Shown here one piece after another: positions 39,754 to 49,900 of a DNA stretch of 53,586 nucleotides. The translations under genes and the position numbers were made by a program. How positions within the stretch are numbered: the stretch's first letter is position 1; each line of letters begins with the position of its first letter. The stretch covers positions 1-53,586 of the forward strand of contig MEDY01000304.1 of the NCBI GenBank assembly GCA_001724265.1, in the 5' to 3' direction. The notes beneath the pieces were generated by a model that was not told the DNA's origin, searched no databases, and saw only the letters and a list, made by a program, of their open reading frames with translations. The stretch is from Rhizaria sp. SCN 62-66. Its lineage: Eukaryota.

Positions 39754-42700
39754 ATGGGTTGCGGCGCGTCAACCGCGGCCCCACAGCCCCTGGGCGCCGC
39801 CTCGGCCGCGACTGCCCCCACCTCGGCTGCCGCTGACACAGCGCACGGCGCGGGCGCGGGCGGCACGCGCGCGGGACCCGGCGGCCACGACGACGGCGGC
39901 GACACCGACGCGGGCCCCGGTGGTCGCCGCGCGCGGCGTCCCGACCTGATCACCTCCGTCTCGATGGTACTGGAGGCCTACTTCAAGCCTTTGGCCGCGG
40001 ACGGCTCCGAGTACGATTCTGACTCGCACCTCCGCATCCCGCTCGCAAACTACCTCGCGTACGCCTTTCCGCGCGCCAAGGTCGAGTTCGAGTTCAAGCG
40101 CCTCAAAACGCACGAGTTCCGCGTGCGAGTGCGCTCGTTGAACGGGCGCGCGCTCAACGTCTCGCTCATCGACGAGGACGCGCCCGCCAACGTCGTGGCT
40201 TACGACCGCAACTTCGTCTTCGGCGTCGGTCACTCGTTGCGCGCGCTCGCCCGCCGCGGCGCGCACTGGACGCCCGACATCGCGCCCGCCGCACTGCTGC
40301 GCCTGTTTGTCGAGTCGGTGCGCCTGTGCCTACTGGGCGGGCTGGACGCGCCCGCGGTCGCGACGGCCGTCACGCACGCCGTCCACGGCGACGCCGCCGC
40401 GCTCGCGTCGCGCAAGGGCGTCTCCGGTGCCGGCGCCGGCGCGGGCTCCGGCCTTGCCTCAGTTAAAGGCAGCAGCAGCAGTAGCAGCAGCGGCCTTGCG
40501 TCGGGCAAGGGCGGCCTAACTTCCGGCAAGAGCGGCAGCGGCCTCAGCTCCACGACGGGCCTCGCCAGCACCGGGGGCACCAGCAGCACCAGCGCCGGAC
40601 TGGCCTCCTTCTCCGGCACCGCCGCCTTCGCCTCCGCGCTCTCTGCCGGCGGTTCTGGCGCTGGCGGCGGCGGCGGCGGCGGGGGCGAGGATTCGCCGAT
40701 GATCCGCGACCCGACTGTGAAGCGGCGCGCGCTGAAGGAGCGGCAGGACCGCGAGCGGCAGGACAAGGCGCTCGAGGAGGCCACGCCGCGCCGCCGCCTG
40801 CTGGCGCTGCTTGCGGCCGCGGGCTTTGCGGTCGAGGACAAGGGCGACAAGTTCCTCTCGCAGCTGCAGCGCGCGCTCGAGACGGTGCAGGACGCCGTGC
40901 TGTGCTACGCCTTCGGGCCCGGCGCGCACCCCGGGCCCGTCACGCTGCGCGCGCGCTACCCTGTGGCCGCCGCGGACGCCGAGGACGCCGCGCGCACCAA
41001 GGCCGCGCTGCGCGACGCCGCCGCGCGCGACGCCGCCGCGGCCGCCAAGCCCGGCGCCGGGCGCGCCCGCGAGAGGGACCCGGCCGAGGCGCCCTGGGTG
41101 CGCGGCAAGCCCGTGCTGCCGGCGGGCGTGTCCACCGCGCCCGGCGCCGGCGCGGCGACGGCCTCGGCGACGGCGGCCGCGGCGGCGACGGCGACCGTGG
41201 GCGTGATGGGCAAGCAGCGCGTGCTGGTGACGGCGGCCACGGCGCTGCCACCCGCGCTGCGCGGCGCCGTGCGCTACGCCGACGGCATCACACACCTACC
41301 CGCCGCGCCCATCCCCGGCGCGCCGCTGCCGCCACCCCCCGCGCCCGCGGCGGGCAAGCAGCCCGCCAAGCCCGCTGCGGCTGCCGCCAATGCCGCCTCA
41401 GCCGCCACTGCCTCAGGGCCTGAAAGCGACTCAGCAGCGGCGGCCGCTGCCGCTGCTGACGGAGAGACGCCCGCGTCCGAGGCCGAGCCCGAGGCCGACA
41501 CCGCGACCGCGACCGGCGACGCCGACTCTGCCGCGAGTCCCAGTGCCAGCGCCGCGTCGACGGCCGAGATCGCCGAGACGCCGCCGTGGTGGTTCGCCGT
41601 GGGCTCGCGCTCGCGCCCCTCGGCGACCGTGTCGGGCCGCGACCTGCTGGGCTGGTACCTCAGCTTCCTCGTCTGCGCTTCGGGCCACCTGCCCGTGCCC
41701 ACGCTACCGCAGGCGCTTTACGGCGCGCGCGCGGGCGACACGGTCGCGGCGGCCGCGCTCTTCCGCTTCCTGGCCACGGGCGACCGCGCGGCGCTGCGCC
41801 CCGACGCCGCACTCGCCGACACGGGCCTCTGCGGCGACGCGCCCCGTCGCGGCCCCAACGCCAGCGTCGACCCCGTCGCAGCGGCGGCTGCGCTGCGCGC
41901 ACTGCGGCTGCCGGGCGCGAAGCTGACCGCGCTGGCGACCACCTCGGCGCTCGTCGCGGACCAGAGCCCCGAGGCGCGCGCCGCCATTGCCGCGGCCGCC
42001 GCGCGCGCGGTGGCGCAGAGCTCGGGCGGCGCGGCGGGCACGTCCACGCGCAGCGGCGCGGGCGGCGGCAGCGTCGGCGCCGAGGGCTTCCGCGCCTTCT
42101 GGGCCGAGCTGCTATCGCACGTTGACGTGGGCAAGTGGAGCCCCGCGGCGCTGGAGTCGGCGCTGGGACTGAGTCCACGCGAGGGCTGGCGCGCGCTGCT
42201 GGCGCACTGGTCCTGGGTGGCCTACCACCACGCCTGCTGGCAGCACGAGGCGCTGGCCGCCGGCGACGAGGACCTGCACTGCACGCCCGAGGGCGCGGGT
42301 AACGCCTCGCTGGCCGCGGCCGCGGGCGGCGCCGGCGGGCCCGAGGCCGACCTGGCGGCCGTGGCGTCGGAGGCGTCGCTGGCTGCGCTGGCCGAGATGC
42401 TGGCCTTCAGCTCGACGCGCGAGCTGCGCGTGGCGGCCGAGGAGCTCTTCTCACACGACCGCCAGCGGCCCTACCTGCACACGCGCCTGCTGCACCTTGA
42501 CACCGCGCCGCACAACACCGACAACGGGCCCCTTGCCGCCGGGGCGGGCGCGCCTGCGAGTACTCCCAGCGCGCAGAGCTGCGGGCCCGTGGTGGCGCGC
42601 GAGCTGCGGCGCGACATGTTTCTGTGCTTCTTCGCGCTCAACTGCCGGCACCGCGCGGAGAACGTGCTCGTGGTGGCGCGCGACCTGCTGCATCTGTACG

Positions 42701-43182
42701 ACCTGCCCGGGCACCTCGCCACGGTGGCGCCGACGCTGCACACGCCGCGCACGCGCCGCGTGGCCGCGCTCTTCCGCCGCTTCGCCACACCGCCGCGCAC
42801 GACGCTGGGCGTCTCGCTGGCGGTGCCCTCGGCCGTGCCCAACCAGGTGGTGCCGCGCGCGACGCTTATCATGGAGACGGAGAAGTGCGTGCTCGGCCGC
42901 AAGCGTGCCATCGTGGCGCACGTGCACTCGGTCAAGCTCAAGCCTTCGGGCGCGATTGACACGGCCGGCGTGAGCGACGAGGAGGCCAGCGCCGAGGTCA
43001 AGGCCGCGCGCGCCGCGGTTGAGGCCGTGAAGCTGGACAAGACGGACCGCTCCGAGCGCGGCGAGATCCTCATCAATGCCGACGACTTCGCCAAGGCCAT
43101 GCGCCGCAGCGGCGTGCTTGAGAGCGGCGGCAGGGGCGTCGAGCGCTTCTGGTACCTCATGCTCGCAAAGTACTACTGCTGA
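39754..43182 (+). CDS. Hypothetical ~1140-aa protein with N-terminal dual-acylation motif MGCGAS
   Basis: Long ORF ending in TGA. ATG 39754 gives MGCGAST, a myristoylation/palmitoylation consensus. The upstream TTG extension in the ORF track looks non-coding. Confidence 0.75.
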   Translation: MGCGASTAAPQPLGAASAATAPTSAAADTAHGAGAGGTRAGPGGHDDGGDTDAGPGGRRARRPDLITSVSMVLEAYFKPLAADGSEYDSDSHLRIPLANYLAYAFPRAKVEFEFKRLKTHEFRVRVRSLNGRALNVSLIDEDAPANVVAYDRNFVFGVGHSLRALARRGAHWTPDIAPAALLRLFVESVRLCLLGGLDAPAVATAVTHAVHGDAAALASRKGVSGAGAGAGSGLASVKGSSSSSSSGLASGKGGLTSGKSGSGLSSTTGLASTGGTSSTSAGLASFSGTAAFASALSAGGSGAGGGGGGGGEDSPMIRDPTVKRRALKERQDRERQDKALEEATPRRRLLALLAAAGFAVEDKGDKFLSQLQRALETVQDAVLCYAFGPGAHPGPVTLRARYPVAAADAEDAARTKAALRDAAARDAAAAAKPGAGRARERDPAEAPWVRGKPVLPAGVSTAPGAGAATASATAAAAATATVGVMGKQRVLVTAATALPPALRGAVRYADGITHLPAAPIPGAPLPPPPAPAAGKQPAKPAAAAANAASAATASGPESDSAAAAAAAADGETPASEAEPEADTATATGDADSAASPSASAASTAEIAETPPWWFAVGSRSRPSATVSGRDLLGWYLSFLVCASGHLPVPTLPQALYGARAGDTVAAAALFRFLATGDRAALRPDAALADTGLCGDAPRRGPNASVDPVAAAAALRALRLPGAKLTALATTSALVADQSPEARAAIAAAAARAVAQSSGGAAGTSTRSGAGGGSVGAEGFRAFWAELLSHVDVGKWSPAALESALGLSPREGWRALLAHWSWVAYHHACWQHEALAAGDEDLHCTPEGAGNASLAAAAGGAGGPEADLAAVASEASLAALAEMLAFSSTRELRVAAEELFSHDRQRPYLHTRLLHLDTAPHNTDNGPLAAGAGAPASTPSAQSCGPVVARELRRDMFLCFFALNCRHRAENVLVVARDLLHLYDLPGHLATVAPTLHTPRTRRVAALFRRFATPPRTTLGVSLAVPSAVPNQVVPRATLIMETEKCVLGRKRAIVAHVHSVKLKPSGAIDTAGVSDEEASAEVKAARAAVEAVKLDKTDRSERGEILINADDFAKAMRRSGVLESGGRGVERFWYLMLAKYYC

Positions 43183-43942
43183 GCGCGCTTTCTGAACAGT
43201 TTCCGTTGACTGTTTGCGTTATATGTGCTGTTTGACGAAGCAAGGCTGGAACCCCAAACGACTAGTTTGGCTTTGTCTCTAATTTCCGATGATAGATGAT
43301 GTTTAGTTTTTGAAGCATCGCGCGCTATCGTCTTTTTGCTATATACTTTTACATTTTTTTGGCTGCTCTTGTTTTTGTGTTGTTTATTTTCTTCCACAAA
43401 ACGCGCATGCGTTGCCCCTGTTGGTTGCACACGCCACTCACGACAGCGTGATGTGTGATTCTGACAATGTTTAAAGCATGTCACTGGGCTTGCAACACAG
43501 CGTCATCACAGTTTGAAGCTGCCCTGTTTGTTGCCGCTCGACACAGACACCCCGCGCTGCGCACGCGCAGTGCTGTCAATTTACCCCTCCCGACCTTCGT
43601 TTACTTGTTCAGTTCCCTCTGCAGCTTCCCTTATTATAATCGCGAATGTGCGCTTTATCGTCGTATTAATTACTAATTGCCGCGTATAGATATCACCCTT
43701 TTCACACCCCTGCACGACATTTGTCGTCGACATATTTCAATACATGACACTCTTAAAAGAATCCGAAGGCAACAACAGCCTATGCATAAACATTCATTGT
43801 GTATTAAGCTTACTTGTCATTGATAACGTTTGTTTCTAGGTATCACACACACACGTCGTTGTTTCCACCCGTATACATGTACATTTGCGTCTGATTGCAT
43901 AGTAGCACCCCGAAGTGGGTAGACCAACTTGTGCTAGTTTGT

Positions 43943-45610
43943 TTACTTCGCCTCAGCGTCCGCACCAGAGCCCGAGCTCGAGCTTGTGGGCGCGGCCGGG
44001 CACGGTAGTTGCACGTCGGCCTCCGCCGAGCCGCCGCTGCCGCTGCCCTGCGGCTGCGGCGGCTGCCTCTGCTGCTGCTGTTGCTGTTGTTGGCTGCGCT
44101 CGCGCTGCTGCTGCGTGACGACGCAGGCGGGCGGAACCGGCAGCGCGGGGTCGGCCCAGAGCCCCAGCGTGCGCAGCGTCGTCACCAGCGCGCCGACAAT
44201 GTCCGTGAAGTCGCCCGTGTTGCCCGCGCGCGCGCGGTCCATCGCGGCGCGCAGGCGCGGGAGCTGCTCGGGGACCACCTCGACCTCGACCTCGTGCGAG
44301 ACGGCGCGCTCCGAGGGCCGCGAGGCCGTGTAGGCCGTGACCGTGGTAAGGTCCACCGACCAAAGACCAGTGCGGTACGAGCGGCGCTCCTTCTCCCTGC
44401 GCAGAGCAAAGAAAAGAGCAGAGAAAAGTGCATTCGAGTCAATCGGACAACAGAGATGAGCCTTGGGTTGTAAACGAAGCATATTAACGAGCTATACAAT
44501 AATTTGAGAGGATATCGAGTAATATCACGGACTGCTATTCACGTAGCGCTCACACGCGCAAACGTACCTGGTCTCGATGGCCTCGGTGGGCGGCATGGGC
44601 ACCTTGTCCTCATAGCAGGCGCTGATGCGGAAGGTGACCTGCGCGCCGGGGCAGTAGAAGTCGACGTTGGCCAGCGCCGGCTTGCGTTTAATGATGCAGG
44701 CCAGCACGGCCCCCGTCGCGGGGTCGCGTGTCACGCGCACGCGCTCGCCGTTGACGTGATGGAACGTGTCCCTGCGCACGCACAAACGAACACGGCGACG
44801 CAGCAGCAGCGCAGCAGCGACACAGCAGCGACACAGCAGCGCAGCGAACACAGGAAGTGAGATGAAACAAGTGAGACACAGATAGAACAATCAAAGCATA
44901 ATATCAGACATGAAGAGATACACCGCAGCAACTCAGCAGCTCTGCAGCGACGTACTTGGTGACGGTCTTGGAGTACTCGACGGGCAGTCCCTGGCGCGTG
45001 ACGCGCGAGTGCTCGACGCGCCCGTTGAGCACCTTGGTCTGCAGGTGCGTGAACAGCGCCGGCGGCAGCGCCGACTCAAAGCGCCACGGCGGGCGCTGCT
45101 GCGGCGTGAGCGCGACAATAGAGCTGACGAGCGGCACCTCGAAGACGTTGCCGGCGCGGCCCTCGGCGGGGCGCAGGATGCCCAGCTTGCCCTCGATCTC
45201 GAGCCCCTCGGTGCGCTGCTGCACGAGTGGGGCCAGGAACTTGGCCACGCTGATCGCCAGCGGGTCGGTCATGTTCACGCACAGCTGCGGCCGCGGGACG
45301 GCACGAGTTGGAAACAAGGGAGCGCAAGGGTGTGTGTGCGCGTGAGCGTGACAGAGAGATCAAGATGCGGGAGTGTGCCAATGATTGATAGAGGGGTAGC
45401 AAGAGAGGATCGACGTTGTAAGCAAGCGTAGTACGAGCACGAGAACAAACATAACAATCTACGCAAAAATGCACATGGACACAAGGGCAGTTTGTAGCGA
45501 GTCTGCGAGGGCTTGGAGAGAGAGTGACATGAAGATGAAGCGCGCTAACGTACGATGTTGCTGAGGAGGTCTTGTTGGCCTCCACCAGAACCGCCACTAG
45601 GCGCAGACAT
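43943..45610 (-). CDS. CET1: Cet1-type mRNA 5'-triphosphatase (triphosphate tunnel metalloenzyme, 347 aa); exons 45610-45554, 45284-44956, 44771-44568, 44396-43943
   Basis: Three GTACGT...CAG introns splice in frame. TTM motifs LEIEGKLG, RVRVT, FRIS, RxKxRxSY (REKERRSY), VDLT and HEVEVE. Confidence 0.85.
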
Positions 45611-45901
45611 TGTCTAGATAGCAGAGCGGGAAACAAAAAAAGTAAATTAACTGGAATAAGTTGATATTTGCTCAAGAGTACACGTATTGAGGTCGTATTT
45701 ACGTAGATAAGTAGTATGACATCTTACTCAGAGGATGCGATGAAAAAGTACACAACTAGGATATAGTGGACGCGGTGCAGGTTCCGTCAAGAAGACTATG
45801 GCAAATATATAGTAGTTAAAACTCATAAATTAGCATTCCCATTATTTCTTTCATTGCCACAACACGATATTCACGTCCAACACGGTGTAGTCGACTCGCG
45901 A

Positions 45902-46546
45902 ATGAGTGGACTCGTCAGCGCTGATGACCTCGCGGCCGCCTTCGTCGCCACCTTCCCCAACCCGGCGCACCTGATTGTGGAGGAGATCCCCACGTGCGGC
46001 TGCGGCCAGAAGTTTAACATCTACGCTGCGTCGGCTTCGTTTGACGGCGTCAAGACGCTAGAGCGCCACAAGAAGGTCCAGGCTGCGCTCGCCGCCGGTA
46101 CGTTTCTGTGTTCGGTGTTTCTTTCATCGCAGTGTTACATCATATCATGAACTCAGTAGGCAAAGTCTGGATGATTTTGACTAAATTCACTCAGTTTTCT
46201 TCCCATGTCAAATGCTTATTTTCATATAACCTCACGATATCCCATCCTGAACTTTCTCTGTTTCCTACCACAAATCCCCCCTCCTTCGCGATTACTCTGC
46301 CCCGCCGCCCCGTTCGCTCGCCGCGCGCTGCCCCCTCGCTGGGCAGAGATTGCGCGCCTGCACGCGCTGAGCTTGAAGCTGTGGACGCCCGAGGAGTGGG
46401 CCAAGCGCAGCGCCGAGGTCCCCGCCGCCCTCCTCGCCACCGACCGCGGCTCTGCCGCCACCACCGCTGCTGCTGCCGAGCCCGCCGCTGTCATCGAGGC
46501 TGCGCCCGCGGCCGCGGCCGAGGAGGCGGCCAAGGCGGATGCGTAA
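45902..46546 (+). CDS. BOLA2: BolA-family protein (BolA2/Fra2-like, 131 aa); exons 45902-46097 and 46347-46546
   Basis: GCGQKF, SASFDG..TLERHKKV and EIARLHALSLK motifs. Phase-1 intron GTACGT...GGCAG. Confidence 0.85.
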
Positions 46547-46972
46547 GTGAGAGACGCGCTGTGCTGCCGTGTTGCTGTAGGCGTGTGACTGTGCGTCGTC
46601 GGCCTCTGCGCGTGAGGCCGAGGGCGTGGCGCTGGGGAGCGTGGTGCTGGGAGTGCCGCGGTGTTGCGGGGGCTTTGATGAATTTTGTAGCGGTATAAGA
46701 GTCGAATCATACCTTTGTTGTATTTTAGTGATTAAATATACAAATGAACTCAGAATTAGTGTGTGAGATATACATTAAGTCTATGTATTGCAGTGTTCCA
46801 CGCTTTGTTCGATAACGGTGCGCGTCAAGAAGTACGTTCTGCTGAAACTAAAGTAGCGTTGAAATGTTAAAATATATAATTTAATCAAAACTTCAGCCAT
46901 ATTGAGTATGATAACGTTGATTAATGTCTTCAAAGTATAACCACAAGTGGTGATATGCATCGTCTCCGACGC

Positions 46973-49900
46973 TTAGCCCCACTGCGAGTCGCCGTAGCTG
47001 TCGTAGCCGAACCCGCCAAACCCGCCATCGCCGCCGCCGCCAAAGGCGCTGAGCGCAGCTACCGCAGCAGCACCCTCGGCGTCGTCATCTTCGGCCTCTG
47101 CTGCTGCTGCTGCTGCTGCTGCTGCGGCGGCGGCCGTACGAGACTTTGTCTTGTTCTTGCGGGCGCTGGCAGCGGCTACGGCGGCGGTTGCGTCCACGAC
47201 AGGGGCCGCAGTTGCAGCCAGTGGTAGGGCTGTCGGAGCAGAAACGGCTACAGGGGCTGGTGCCGCGATGGCAGCGACAGCGGCGGCAGCGGCGGTGGTG
47301 GCGAAGGCTGCGACGGCGGGCGCGGCAGGCGCGACACGGATGGGCGCAGCAGACTTGGCGGCCTTCGCGCTGGCAGCACGCGCCGCTGCTGCCGCCGCCG
47401 CTGCGGCCTCCGCTGCGGCCTCCGCCGCCCTGGCCTTGGCCCTTTGCTGCGCAACAGCTGCGGCAGCCGCCTGCGCCTGCGCCTGTGCCTGTGCCCGCGC
47501 CTCCGCTTGCGCCCGCGCCTGCGCTTGCTGCGCCTGCGCCTCGGCCTCCGCCTGCGCCTGCGCCTCGGCCTCCGCCCGGGCCCCGGCTTCGGCCCGCGCG
47601 CGCGCCCGGTTGGCCTTGGCGCGGGCCCGGACCTCGGCCTCGGCGCGGGCCAGCGCGCCAGCCTCGGTCGCAGCCTTGGCGGCGGACTGGGTCTCCGCCT
47701 CGGCCTCGGCCTCCGCCTCGGCCTCAGCTTCCGCCTCGGCTTCGGCGGCCGCTGCCGCCGCTGCCGCCGCTGCCGCCGCTGCAGCCGCCGCAGCAGCCGC
47801 GGCCGCGGCGGTCGCTGCAGCCACGGAGCTCGCCGCTGAGTCCGCAGTGTCCCAGTCGTTGTGCAGCGCGCCCCCGGTGCCCAGGGCCACGGCGACGGCG
47901 CTTGCGTCGGCGTCAGCGCCAGCGCCAGATCCAACAGCAGCGTCGTCGGGCGCATCATCATCGGCAGCTGCAGCAGCGGTGGCGGTAGCGGCGGCGGCGC
48001 GCGCCTCGGCGCGGGCCTCCCGGGCCTCGCGCCTGCGCCGGAGAGGCGCCAGTGCTGGGGCTGAGGCCGGGCCTGTGTCTGCGTCAGACACAGTTACAGC
48101 AAGAGTCAGCTCGGGGGCCGGGACAGTGGCTTGCGCCGTTGCATTCGCAGCAGCTTCTGCAGCGGCAACAGCAGCTGCTGAAGTCTCAACCTCGGCCTCA
48201 GTCTTGGCGGCGACCTCGGCCCGGGCGGCAATGCGTGCCGCGCGTGCGGCGGCGCGTGCGGCCTTAGCCGCGGCGGCCTCGGCCCTGGCCGCGCTGTGGC
48301 CGAGGTCACCATGAGCAAGCGCGCCGTCGGAGTCGGCGTGGCTGGCCCAGTCCCACAGCACGCCCGCGGTAGCGTCGCCCGCAGCGCTCGCAGCAGCGCC
48401 GGCTTTGGCCCTGCTGCGGCTGCTCGTGCCCGTGCTCGTGTCGTTGCCGGCGAGCGACTTATCGTTACCATCGTCGTCGTCGTCGTCGCCGCTATCGGAG
48501 GTCGAGGGCGAGGGCTCAGGCAGCGTGACCGTGAGGGAGACTGGGGACAGAGACAGACGGGGCGCCGCATCAGCGTCGATGGCGCCAACATCCACAGTGA
48601 GAGCTGTCTTGTCACACACACTCGCATCCGCCGTTGCTGTCACAGTCGCTGCCGCTGCAGTCTTGGCCTCAGCGGCAGCCCTTTCGCGGCGCCGCTGCTG
48701 CCTGCGCTCAGCCTCAGCGGCCTTCGCTGCAACGCGGGCAGCTTTGGCGGCGGCTTTGGCGGCGGCATCGGCCTCTGCAGCGGCCGCGGCCTCGGCATCT
48801 GCATCAGAAGCGTCGCGCTGGGTGGCGGCGTCGGTGGTCGCGCCCGCGTCAGAATCAGACTGCAAATGCCCGCGCTCACGCTCGCTACTGCGAGCGCCAT
48901 CGTCGTCGCGGCTCTTGATTTGACTCTTGCCCTCGCTTGCATCGTTGTCCGAGTCCGAGTCGGAGTCCTTCATGACTGCGGCGCCCTCGACGACAACGAA
49001 GACGAGCGCGACGTTGGCGATGGCGTGAATCACTTCTTCGAAGAAGGCACGCACACTCACCAATCCGCCTCCGCCCACGCGAGCGCGCGGAGCGGTGACA
49101 GCCGTCGCCGGCGCCGCGGCAGCGCTCCCCGCAGCGCTGCCGCTGAGGTACGCGGGGCATGGCAGGGCGCGCGCAGTCGCGAGCGCGCGGCGGCGGCGGC
49201 GGCGCTGGCGGCGCAGCTTGAGCCGCAGCCGGTGGCGCTCGCGGTCGCTGCTGCACGCAGCCAGCGCCGCCGCGGTCGCCGCAGCCGCCGCGGGCAACGC
49301 CAACGACATCACGGAGGCAGCCGGGCTCGATGCAGCGCCGGCAGCAACGACAGCGTTAGTTGCTGACGCTGAAGCGGCGGCTGAGACTGACGAGGGCTGG
49401 CCGAGGACCCAGGTCTTGTAGAGCCAGCGCAGCGCGGGCACGGCGTTGTACAGCGCCAGCACAAAGCGCCGGTCCACGCGCACCTCGCAGTCCAGCGAGG
49501 GCTCCTCGTCTGCGGGCTCCTCTTCCTCCTCCCCGTCCTCGGACTCGGCGCCGTCGTCAGTGTCGCTGTCGTCGGCTGCGCTCCGACCGCCCTTCTTGGG
49601 TTTCGCCGGTTTCGCCTTCGCCCTGCTGGCTGGCGCGGTCACGAGCGCGGCCTCGGAGCACGCGGGGCTGAAGTCCCGCGGCGTCGTGCCGAAGGGCCGC
49701 GTCAGCAGCGGGCGCCGCAGATCCGCCGACGCCGCCAGCACATCCGTCGCGCCCGCGCCCGCGCCGACGCCGCGGTGCCTGGCCGCGGCGCTGGCCACGG
49801 GGCGCGGCGCTGCGGCCGTGGCCGTCGCGGCCGTGTCCGCACTCCTCCTCCCGGAGCCAGCACCAGCGCCGTCAGCGCCAGCGTCGGCGTCGGCGTCAGA

